A stretch of DNA of 63,163 nt, filler included, from Neolecta irregularis DAH-3 (taxonomy: Eukaryota): NCBI GenBank assembly GCA_001929475.1. It is 8 parts of 8 records of this genome, joined end to end, with 100 filler letters (N's around TTAATTAATTAA, not from the genome) between each part and the next. Parts side by side here need not be neighbours in the genome. Positions count along the whole stretch, not along the records: positions 1 to 24,005 come from LXFE01002660.1; 7 more parts are not named here. The stretch is one strand, 5' to 3'. How positions within the stretch are numbered: the stretch's first letter is position 1; each line of letters begins with the position of its first letter. The notes below the pieces were generated by a model. That model did not search any database and was not told the origin of the DNA. It saw only the letters and a list, made by a program, of their open reading frames with translations. The position numbers and the translations under genes were made by a program. Shown here piece after piece: positions 12,951 to 24,105 of the stretch.

Positions 12951-13845
12951 TTTCTGTATGAAGGCTGTCTCCAAATCACCTAGTCTGGTTGCACTGCCTT
13001 ACAAAAATGACCTTTGTGGCCCTTGCATGATTGAAATAATTCCAAGACGATGATGAGGGGAATTAGTCTCACTTCGATTGAGTTACATTACATGCGGTGT
13101 AGTGGTGTGAGACCTCCAGAGAGAATAATAAATAAACGAAGCTTAGCACCAGGCGGAAAATTTAACTAGCTATAGGAATCTCATCATGTATTCAGGAAAG
13201 GTCGCAGCGTGGTTGACGCGTTGCTAGAGAACCCCGCTACCAGCGACTTCGGTTAGATGTTCATGCATTGGGGTCTTCGGTTGCAGATAATCAACAGCTA
13301 TGAAGGTTAGGACGGAAATTTCCTTTCGATACTAGAACAGCTCTCTGGATAAAACACATGGACGAATTACAAGAATATATTGAGATATATAATATGTCGA
13401 TACCACGAGTTACTGGCTCTGAGAAAATCTTCAACTTATATAGAAAAAAATTCCTTATCTGTCATGTCATATATATAGTAATGGAAGCATGCGACAAATT
13501 GCCGCGACTTAACTTGAAACGACATGACTGCAAAATCATTCGCTCATTGCCGGAATTTTCTGGAAAGATTTATTCTCGCCTCTGCATCATGCAGTATGCA
13601 TGTAAGAGACTTTAAGGGTTCTGCGCGATAATCAGAAAGGCTTCGCTTTATGGAAAATGTGTAGTAGCACATGTCAACGATGTTCGCAGAGACATTTGTG
13701 TGGCGGAATTTACAGCTTTCAAAGAATGCACCCAGAAGACTGTAAGATCATTTGCTGAAAAGGATGACTGAAGCTACCAGCTGAATAAGAAATGGTAAAT
13801 TCGTATGGTGATAATAATTCTGCTTAATTCAATTTCCACAAAATG

Positions 13846-16800
13846 TTACTCCGTAATTTTCAGTAATTGTAGCAGAAATGTTGCTCCCTGTATTTCAGCT
13901 TGCTCTTCAGCAATTAAATCATTCATAGGGACAGCTTCGTCTAACTCTAATTTCTCCAATGGTCTTCTGAATATACTCATCAGGAAGACTTTTTGTTCTT
14001 CCAAAATTTCTTCAAGCCTAATTGGATTTTCTATTATGCGATATATCATACGGACGTCGTCAGTCTGTTCTAAAGAGGCCTTCTTTCGTAAACGCTGAAC
14101 CCGATTAGCTAGTTCGCGAGCAAGACCTTCGTTCTGAAGATCGGGATGTATCGTAACGTCGAGGATAATTAAAACATCGTCGTCAGTGGCAGTTTCGTGT
14201 CCAGGATGAACATTTGAGTCAACGCTTCGAAGAACACGCAAGTCGCCAGCGATAAGTTGAACCCCATCCACTTCTATTTCTCCTTGTGCGAGGAAAGCCT
14301 TGACATTTTGGCTGCTCAAATTAGGAAGCGCCGCCTTCACCTTTCCGATATCTTTGCGTAGCTTCTTGCCGAGGATTCCCCAATCACACTGGACACTATA
14401 AATGACGCCATACTTGCCTTCGTCTGATGTTAGAACAAGTTCCCGGATATTGAGTTCCTCCTTGATATAGCGTTCGAGGGATCGAATATCTTCCAGATAA
14501 GTAGAATCTGGGTGAACTACCACCATATTTCTAAGGGGCAACTAAGATCTTAGTGCCGATGAAAGGAAATTAAGGATACCTTGACAGCCAAAGCCTTGTT
14601 ATTTCGAATTTCCCGACCCATAGAGATGACATTTTGCATCCGGGCAACCTGTCGCTGAACATCTTCATCCAAATAATCCGCTCGGGCTTGAGGAAATTCC
14701 AGAAAATGGATAGATCGAACATCTCCTTTGGTAGCGGTAGTGGGTAGCCATTTCCGCAGTCTTTGATAGATATTTTCAGTCAGAAAGGGTGTGAAAGGAG
14801 CCTTATATTTAGTTGACTGGCGAATGAAGGGTTAACCATTGTCCTGACCAACGTGAAAAGGACCTCAAATAAAGTATTTAAAGCAAACATTGTATCCTCA
14901 ACACCGTGGACGCCCTTGAATCTTCTCCGGTTGAATCGTATATACCAAGAGGTCAAGTCATCAATCAAGCTCAGAAGTCTTGGAACCACCGTGTACAAAC
15001 GATATCCCGACATTTCCTCCTTGATGAATGCAATCAAAGAAGCAGAGCTAGCCAAGATCCATCTATCCATCACGTTCTCGCTCAATCCTTTTGATGGATT
15101 ATATTCAAAATCAACGTTCGCGACTTTCTTGAGTAACGCGATTTGCTGTTCGAGAAAGTTGAAGCTATTCCACCAAGGGATGAGAACTTTTGCAACGACT
15201 TCTTTTACGCCTTCTTCTTTAAATTTTAACGATTCGGCACGTACAACAGGTGAATTTATGAGGTAAAGTCGTAAAGCATCCGAACCATATAAGTCGATCA
15301 CGATAGCAGGGTCTGGATAATTCTTCAGTTTTTTTGACATCTTTTTACCATCTGCTGCTAGAATAATACCATTGACAATAACGTTTTTGAATGGAGCGGT
15401 GTCAAAGAGGTGCGTACCGAGAACTAAAAGTGTGTAGAACCATCCTCGCGTTTGGTCGAGACCTTCTGCAATAAAATCCGCGGGAAATGATTGTTCAAAC
15501 TTGTCCTTATTGCTGAACGGGTAATGTTTAGAAGCATAAGGCATACTTTATTGTCAGTGCCTGTCAATATAATTATGCATGCCTTCCAGACTCAAACCAA
15601 CAGTCAAACACTTCTTCGATTCTTCTAAGATTGCCTTTTCCTTGCTTTGATGGAATGGTAATATTGTCAATGGACTCTCGGTGAATGTCACTTAATTGGC
15701 CACAACCAGATAGCTCTTCTAGTTCTTTGATGGATCCAACACAAACGATTTCTTCGAGATCATCGCTAACCCAAAGAGGAATTGGGGTTCCCCAATAACG
15801 ATTTCGTGATATATTCCAGTCTCGAGCATTAGCAATCCAATTTGAAAAGCGACCTTCTTGGACAAAGGTAGGAACCCTGGAGTAGTAAGATCAAGTTATC
15901 ACATAAACATACCAACGAGTTCTCTCAAGGTTTTCAAGCATTCTCTCTGTATGATCTTTGACCTTGATAAACCATGCCGGGATAGCTCTGTAGAGAAGAG
16001 GAGTTTCGGATCTATAGGTAAATTAAATTTGAATTTAAAGCTTTACCTCCAGCAAAATGGATAATTATGGCTTTCCTGGCCTTGAACGATCAAGCGGCCT
16101 TCAGATTTTAAGCGTTTTTGGATAGGTTTGTCTGCATCTTTCACATATTGTCCAACGAAATCATGGACCTCGTTTGTAAAAAGTCCAGATTCATCAATCG
16201 GACAAGGGGGAAGATGATCAGCGTCGATAATTCCGGCCTTTTCAGCTGCAAAGTAATCATCTTCACCAAATGCAGGAGCTTGGTGGACCAAGCCAGTGCC
16301 GCTGTCATCTGTAACATAATCGGCTGCGATCACCTTAAATCCACAGGCTCCGAAGGTAGGCACGAAATAATCGAATAATGGTTTGTATTTGAGCCCTTCA
16401 AGGTCTTTCCCCAAGATTCTTTCAATGATAGTAAATTTAGCTTTCTTTGGATCTTTATATAATGCGACAAGTCGCTTTTCTAGGATGATATAGTTGCGTC
16501 CGGAAGCATCATCTCTGATCTTTAGATATTCGAATTTAGGATTAACTGCGACAGCAACATTTGATGGCAAGGTCCAAGGTGTGGTTGTCCAAGCAAGTAA
16601 ACTGGTATTTTCATCGGTGATTAATGGGAATGATACGACAACTGGGCCATCAACATATCTTCCAAATTAGGATAGGACTGCGCACCAGAAGGATCAACGA
16701 CGTCTTTATAATTTTGTTGCGCTTCGAAATTGCTCAAGGGAGTGGTGCACCCGGTTGAATAAGGCATCACCTTATAGCCACGATAAACGAGGTCCTTCTC

Positions 16801-17351
16801 ATACAACTGTTTAAAGACCCACCAAACGCTTTCCATAAAAGTGGGATGTAATGTTTTGTAATCGTTATCAAAATCTATCCACCTTCCAAGTCGCTCAACG
16901 GTTCTATTAATCATAAGGGGGAATTTGAGATAGATTCTCACATTCTCCATTCACCTGAATACCTCATGACAATTTCACGACATTGGGCGTTGTACTTGTC
17001 AATACCCATGGCCATTACATCGTCCTTGCCTTTAATTCCAAGCTTCTTATCAATTTCGTGCTCTACAGGTAGGCCATGACAATCCCAGCCAAATCTCCGG
17101 TCAACGCTATGGCCCGTCGTGTGTGCATAACGGGTAACTATATCCTTCATTGTACCGGCCAGAAGATGGCCGTAATGCGGACGACCTAGAGGTCGGATGA
17201 CTCATTGACTAATTAGCATACCAGTTGCGAAGGGTGGACCGTCGTAGAAGCTGAACTGCGGCTTGTCTTCGTTCAACTTCAGTGATGTCTGAAAGGCATC
17301 GATGTCTGTCCAGTAAGATAGGATACGTTCCTCTTCCTTTACGAAATTCAT
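13846..17351 (-). CDS. ILS1: Cytosolic isoleucyl-tRNA synthetase
   Basis: [15 protein letters not shown] (HIGH motif), [47 protein letters not shown]; many short introns. Confidence 0.98.
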
Positions 17352-17399
17352 GGAAGGTGGTTGGTTTGAATTTTTCGGTTGATAAAATCGACTCTACTC

Positions 17400-18010
17400 A
17401 CTGGCTATTCAATTTGTTTTCACTTCCCATTTGAAATCTTCTAGTTGAAGAGGCTTGTTTGGGATGTTTAATGACTTCTCTTGAAAGGCCATTTATTCTG
17501 ATAAATGGCTTTTCTAAATCCAGGTGTGCTTTGAGTAATAGTGCCACAATCCCATTCTAGCATTCTTGCATACCATATGGGTCATTTGATGCATCTCATG
17601 ACCTTCCTAGCAAAGACTTTGACATATGATTGGCCTGATCTAGAATTCAAAGACTCCATCTCACAACTCTAGTGTTATTCTATTATCCCTTCGCACTTTT
17701 TTCAAACCTCGAGTTTGGCATTCCCCCAAGGACTCCTACCCACCTTTTCAAGAGAGAAGATTAGCCCCCGGAAGAATTCACGAGACAGGGAATTCACGGA
17801 CACATGGACACAGACGACAGACATGGAAATTCGTGAACACAGAACCACAGAACCACAACAAACAGCACTGTTATCCCTTGTCAGATAACAAATAGATTCA
17901 ACTTTAAGTTGGGGCAGATATTCCCCAATTCGGTATGTGAGGGACACATCTAGTAGGGAAGAGGTTGGAAAGTACATACCGACAGTAAGGAAAATCAACA
18001 TCGCCATTTA
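17400..18010 (-). ncRNA. Candidate structured ncRNA or structured ILS1 5' leader
   Basis: Chain of at least 7 hairpins, including a 15-bp stem (17763-17777 with 17720-17734) containing 5 G-U pairs that form only on the minus strand. Confidence 0.4.
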
Positions 18011-18078
18011 GAGACGGGATAATATTTGACAACTGAAAACTATTTACTAACTCCGAGGCTATATTGTAGATAGAGGTC

Positions 18079-19489
18079 TTATGACAGATCATAATCTTGA
18101 TTCGTGACATCGCTAACCTTTGCGAGCCCTTGTTTAGTAAGAACGACCATTCGCCTCTGATGGTGAACGTAGCCAGTCAAATATCCCTAGAGTTTCAGTT
18201 TTGATAACAGGTGGGCCGAGATACTTGATCAATCAGAGATATACAAATACATTCTGCGTCGTTGACGTCTAAGCTGTCATCATCGAATGCAACTTTTGCC
18301 ACTTTTGTGGCCTGGTCCAAGAAAATGCGAGGGGGACTTTGTAACAGTGTACCAGAAATTCGACCTCTGAATGTTTAATGTGTAGTCACCATAAAGGACG
18401 CGTACATCCGCAATAGAAAGCTTCTCCAAATGATAATCTCGAGCCTTAATTTTAAAAGAAAGAATATATGTCTACATAGAAACCATTCCATGTGTACATC
18501 AATATGGTCTTGAAAGGCACGCCAATCACCTAGCTTGACAGCTTTGACAATGGGAAAAAACAATTCATAAAGATCATAATTGACCATAATTTCGCGACAG
18601 GGAAATATCCCGAGAATGATAGAAGCCGTGAAGAGATGCGTTGCGATAACTCTAATAGTTAGCGGCACATTAGAAAATGTATCAAACACCTTCGTTGTTT
18701 GATTGCATGACCATGACAGTGCATAAACGCCTCAAGTAGATGCTCACGTCCTTTACGTATTTCTTGATTTGACAGGTAATATCGGCCGACAAAGTATTGA
18801 TAAGTAACATAGTCAGCCTTTGGGAATTTCTCCAAATTGATCTTTTCTATCCTACCGATAACAATGCTGATCATAGACAAAAGATTACCCTTGCCATGGT
18901 AAGATCACAGAATGTTTTTAGCATACCCGAAAACAAAGACGAAAGAAAGAATTCGCAATTTTAAGGACAATTGGATGTTTTTCTCTATCTGAATGAATGA
19001 ATCGCAAAGAAAAGAGACATACTCCACTCTAAGAATTGGACCAAGCATAGACTGAATGGGAGTTACAGCATCAACGAAGCTGGTATGATTTTGCTCAAGT
19101 GTACTTCGAGCAACTTCCAAAGTGAGAGCTTCGAGGATTCGTAGATACTGTTGTACAAGAGGTAGCATCCATGTTGCCTGATGATTTGTAAAGGCGTCCG
19201 CGGTCTTGGAAAAGAAATTTACAAACAAGGCATGAGTTTGTTCGCTCCTGTTGAAATCGACATCCCGAACCAAAATCAAATACGAGTTGATCATTTGACT
19301 AAAAGCGTGCCAGTCGTACCGGCTTTGCGCCGGTTTTTCTGTCACCGCATAATTTTGGACAAGATCTTGCCGCAGGCGCTGAAACGTCGGATCGTCTGCG
19401 CTCAATGTAAGCAGCCTGAGTAGATGCTGGCCGTCGCAAGTTTGAAGAGCCGTGTCGACATTTGCCAAAAATTGCTGCACAGCAGCCAT
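18079..19489 (-). CDS. THP1: PCI-domain protein, Thp1/PCID2 (TREX-2) type
   Basis: VTYQYFVGRYYL, AVKLGD..AF...D, AECICISLIDQGYLTGYVHH winged-helix end. Csn12 paralogy not excluded. Confidence 0.72.
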
Positions 19490-19641
19490 CCACTCAGTCC
19501 GAGTCTATTGTAGATAAAGCGATTGATTAGGTGGCAATCGGATGTCAGTTTTGGTCTGGGAACGTATGCCGGTGGACTGGATTCAACCACATTTAGACAG
19601 AGGTATTTCACACGCACCACTAATCTACCCCTCCTCCAGAC

Positions 19642-21832
19642 ATGTTCAGCATAAACTACTTTTCGGCCATAGCTGGGCTTTTGTCTGTGTCCCAGGTACG
19701 GGCTATCTATCTTCCCGGCATGGCGTATTACCGTTTAAAATATCACAAGTGACGTACAAATAGTCCAGTATCCTACAAAGTCGGCGATGAAGTATCACTT
19801 ACAGTCAATGCCTTGAATCCTGATGTTGATCGGAATGATCCTCAGTTGAAGTCTATTCTGTCTTACGACTGTATAAAAAACCAACCCGGATATTCTAACT
19901 GAAAAGATTACTATCCCCAATTCCACTTTTGTCAACCAGAAGGCGGTCCAAAAGCCATTTCCGAAAACCTCGGCAGCGTTCTTTTTGGGGACCGTATTTA
20001 TAATTCGCCGTACAAGATTCAAATGATGCAAGACCTCACTTGTGGCAAAGTCTGTACAACTACAATTCCAGGCGACGATGCCAAATTCATAAATGCAAAG
20101 ATCCTTCTTCACTATAGTCAGAGATGGGCAATCGATCAACTTCCTGCAGCTCAAGTCAGTTATGACGAATCTAATAATCTATATTACAATGTCGGATTCG
20201 ATCTTGGCTTGGATAAGCCAGGGGAGCGCCCAATCTTGTATAATCATCATAAAATTACGATTGAATATCACCCAGTGGGACCGGATGAATATCGAGTTGT
20301 TGGGGTCTTGGTTGAGGCCATGAGTCGAAAGGAAGCTGGCTGTTCTGGTAATTCTCCAGTTGCGTTGAAGGAAGATGAAGACAACGTTGACATTCCTTTT
20401 ACATACGATGTCACTTGGAAGGTGCGTATCAGACCTGATTTACCGTTATTGACATTTAGCTTTCCGATACTGCTTGGGCCACTCGTTGGGATAAATACCT
20501 CCACGTTCTCGATCCCAAAATTCATTGGTTCAGTTTGGTTTGTTCCTAGAGTGTATCTTTGATTGATTAAAGATAAATTCTGCCGTTATCGTGATTTTTC
20601 TTGCGAGTATGGTGGTCATGGTGCTCATGAAAGCATTACACCGAGATATAACTCGATATAATCGTATTGATCTCGACGACGACGTGCAAGAGGATTCAGG
20701 CTGGAAGCTCATACATGGCGATGTATTTAGGCCTCCGAATCGATCTCTGGCGCTATCTGTTTTCTTGGGTAGTGGATCTCAATTATTTTGCATGGTAGCC
20801 GTTATCATTGGTATCAAATTCTCTAGCCATTCTCTAAAAGATAGTATTCGCACTGTTTGGATTTCTGTCACCTAGTACTCGAGGTGGCTTGGCCACATTT
20901 ATGATCATAACTTGGATTCTTCTCAGTTTTGTTTGTGGATACGTGTCGTCAAGGATGTATGCTTCACTTGGTGGCGAAAAGTGGAAAGTGAATCTGGTGC
21001 TCACGCCTATTCTTGTTCCTGGGATCCTGTATTCGACTGTTTTTTTCCTCAATTTGTTCGTAGCTGGTGCTGGAGCTTCGGGTGCGGTGCCCTTTGGTAC
21101 GTTTCTCGGTCTGGTTTTTATTTGGTTCTTGATCTCGGTTCCGTTATCGTTTATGGGATCGTACTTTGGTTTCAAGGCGGAACCGCTAAAAATCCCGGTT
21201 AGAACTAATCAAATTCCGCGGCAGATTCCAGACCAGGTTTTATATATGAGACCTACTCCATCGATTCTTCTAAGTGGACTGCTGCCTTTTGGAGCTATAT
21301 TCGTGGAATTGTATTTCATCATGAACTCGATTTGGTTGCATAAAATATACTACATGTTTGGATTTCTCTTACTTTGTTATGGAATAATGGCAAGGTCCCC
21401 AATACCTTTTTGGCTAATCTGCGCAGATTCTAACTTGCTCCACTGTTACTATCCTCGTCGTATACTTTCAGCTTTGTTCCGAAGATTACCACTGGTTAGA
21501 TGAGTGATTGTCTAATAACTGATTGTATAGGTGGTGGAGATCATTTTTCACTGGTGGTGCACTCGCATTTTATGTCTTTCTTCATTCCCTCCTTTATCTG
21601 GTATCAAGATTCCATCTCACTTCATTTATTTCAATCATGCTATATTTGGGATACAGCTTACTCATTACATTTATCACTTTTATATTGACGGGTATGAAAA
21701 ACATTTGTTACTGAAAGTTAATTATAGGCACCATTGGATTTTTCGCAACTTTATTCTTCGTCAGACGTATCTATACTTCGATCAAAGTAGATGTATGTGC
21801 ACACTAATTTTGATACTTACATGATATAGTAG
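19642..21832 (+). CDS. EMP70: Transmembrane 9 superfamily protein (Emp70/Tmn)
   Basis: Signal peptide, IYLPG, IHWFSL, EDSGWKLIHGDVFRPP, VRTNQIPRQIP, DYHWWWRSF; ends IYTSIKVD with the stop after intron 21793-21829. Confidence 0.96.
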
Positions 21833-21856
21833 CAAAGAGTATCAATGGCATGCAAG

Positions 21857-22977
21857 TTAATTCATGTTTCTAATTTTCAAATCCTTAATCTGTGAATCCA
21901 TGATTGTTTCCTTGACTTTTGTCTCGCTCCATTCCCACAACTCGTCGGCGGCATTGATATCACGAGAAGCCTTTGAAGATTCAGTTTCTAGGGCAATTGG
22001 ACTAAAATATTTGCCCGTAACTTTATTCCGTTCGATATCTGTTGCCGTGGCTAAAAACTGGGGTTGTAAGCGACTCGTCCTAGACATTATATACCAATTG
22101 CGTTGTAGCGCCGTCTTTTATACTCATTCCGATTAGCGATAGGACCCAGTTGTACACTGAATTGAAAAACGAGGTGTATGCTCCGGCACTTCGATTGATA
22201 CCGGTACTGATTAACCCTGGGTGACAAGCATTTACAAGTAAACGCGGGTTATCCCTCGCCAGCTTGTTTGCAAACAAAACATTTGCAAATTTAGACTGCG
22301 CGTATCTGGATGCTGGACCAATGACTCCGAATATACTCAGCCATTCAGGGTTTGCCAGAGGCGAGGTGATGCCGTAATAATTGATTTTATTTGCAATTTC
22401 GTGTGCTTCGGAAGAAACTACGACGACCCGTGCGCCATCGTTCATTTTTGCCAAAAGCCGAGTAACAAATGTGAAATGGCCCAAATGCTAGATATCAGAC
22501 GGGTAATAGTAGGATTCAGACATTTACAGCCATACAATTTTCAATTCCGTCTCTAGTTAGATAAAACGGCAGAAAAGATATTCCTGCATTGGCAATGATA
22601 CAGTCGATATGTGCGGTCTTTATCCCCAAGTCTCGGGCTGAATCTACGCAAGCCTGGATATTCTCGAGATCCAAATGGTGAAAATAAACGGTTGGATTTT
22701 GAACAGAGTATTTGTCGGCCAATCGCTCTTTCAGAGAAGAGATTGCTGTCAAGGCTGATTTTTTTGATTTCCCGGCAATATATACGGTTGCATTATGCCG
22801 TAACAATTGAAAGGTAGTTTCTAAACCGAGACCTCCGTAGCCTTGACGTTTAGCGGCTGAAGAGACAGCGTATGTACCGCCGGTGACAACATAGACTTTT
22901 CCAGTCAAGTCTGGGATATCCTTGTCTACATCAAAGTTTCTGGTATGCGGGTAAATTCCCAAACTGGAGATATGCAT
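21857..22977 (-). CDS. Short-chain dehydrogenase/reductase (retinol dehydrogenase-like)
   Basis: IPDLTGKVYVVTGG|GYGGLG, IANAG, VSS, YAQSK catalytic YxxxK, HPG. Confidence 0.9.
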
Positions 22978-23033
22978 GGTGGTTGAGATCAAGAGGTGTC
23001 AAGGTGGTCAAGTTATCAAGTTGGTAACAGCGA

Positions 23034-23303
23034 CCCTGCGTTTGGTTCGCACTAAACTTCATAAACTGTGGCTTTTAACAAATTGGAATTTCAGGCTCGC
23101 GTTTGGTGCGCTCCACATTTATAAATCTCACTGCTCGGACTGATTGAAGTGGAGGACGATGTTTCAAGCTAGGCGACAGCCCATGACCGAAAGACTATGA
23201 CCGTCTAGTCCTGGTACTTTGTGGAGCGCACCAAACGCGCGCCTGAAATTCCAAACTGTAAAAAGCCACAGTTTATGAAGTTTAGTGCGAACCAAACGCA
23301 GCC
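23034..23303. mobile_element. MITE with ~85-bp TIRs (PIF/Harbinger Tourist-like), copy 1
   Basis: CTGCGTTTGGTTCGCACTAAAC... / ...GTTTAGTGCGAACCAAACGCAG inverted ends; interior shared with 46954-47258; flanks CGA/TGA. Confidence 0.85.
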
Positions 23304-23522
23304 TGATTAAAATACACCAATATGTTTAATTGAGGTTTTCGTATGACCATATCCTGGCTCGAGCGTCACCACTACCCGTAGCAAATATGTTCCCNNNNNN
23401 NNNNCACAGCCCTTGAGTTATCCTAATCAATCCAGCCTAAAGTCATAAACAACTGGGTTATTGTAATCTTCGACAGTCAACGTCATTGCAACGCAGAACA
23501 ACTCCGTCGATTTGTTGACTAG

Positions 23523-24005
23523 TTGACTCGCTCGCCCTCCTCATCCCGCCCCGCACTCCTCGCCCGTTATCGCTCCGCCCCCTTGGCTGTTATCGCCCCG
23601 TCCTCCTTGCCCATTACCGCTCGCCCTCCTCACCCAGCCCTGTCCACCTCGCCCGTTATCGCCCGCCCTCCTCACCCAGCCCTGCCCAACTCGCCCGTTA
23701 TCACCCTGCCTACCTTGCCCATTGCCGCCCGGCCTCCTGCCCGTTATGGCTCCACCCTCCTTGCCCGTTACTGCCCCGCCCTCCTCACCCATTACAACCC
23801 CCCCTTCCTCGCCCATTACCTCCCTGCCCCTCCGATCTCCACAAAGTCCCAATGGAGCCCACACTAGAAATGGGGCTGGACCAGTTTTTTCTTAAATGAA
23901 ATATGCTGACAAATTTCCATAAAAATATAGGGATTTGCGGACTCATCGAACACAACGAGATATTCATATTGGCCAAACTTCCGCGATGCAGTTATATTTA
24001 GATGA
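23523..24005. repeat. C-rich degenerate tandem repeat (CTCGCCCGTTATCGCC-like units) plus dispersed 127-bp block
   Basis: Repeated GCCCGTTA/GCCCATTA units; 23879-24005 matches 291-417. Confidence 0.75.
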
Positions 24006-24105
24006 NNNNNNNNNNNNNNNNNNNNNNNNNNNNNNNNNNNNNNNNNNNNTTAATTAATTAANNNNNNNNNNNNNNNNNNNNNNNNNNNNNNNNNNNNNNN
24101 NNNNN
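24006..24105. other. Artificial contig linker (also 31891-31990, 36496-36595, 47875-47974, 56380-56479, 57795-57894, 61992-62091)
   Basis: Identical 100-nt N-TTAATTAATTAA-N spacer with stops in all six frames. Confidence 0.98.

Noticed and set aside
17753-17765. AGAGAAGATTAGC match to U6 snRNA
   Set aside because: Lacks the ACAGAGA box and the highly conserved flanking U6 sequence.
17825-17841. GGAAATTCGTGAACACAG resembling yeast RNase P CR-I; GAGGTTGGAAA (17961) resembling SRP helix 8
   Set aside because: No matching CR-V/P4 partner and no helix-8 complement; G-U pattern favours the opposite strand.
23523-23867. Pro/Arg/Gly-rich ORFs here and at 52-321, 36293-36547, 38963-39387
   Set aside because: Products of GC-rich tandem repeats that are open in several frames; no coding signal.
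24050-24061. Recurrent TTAATTAATTAA palindrome flanked by Ns (7 copies)
   Set aside because: Artificial scaffolding linker, not a biological repeat or CRISPR-like array.
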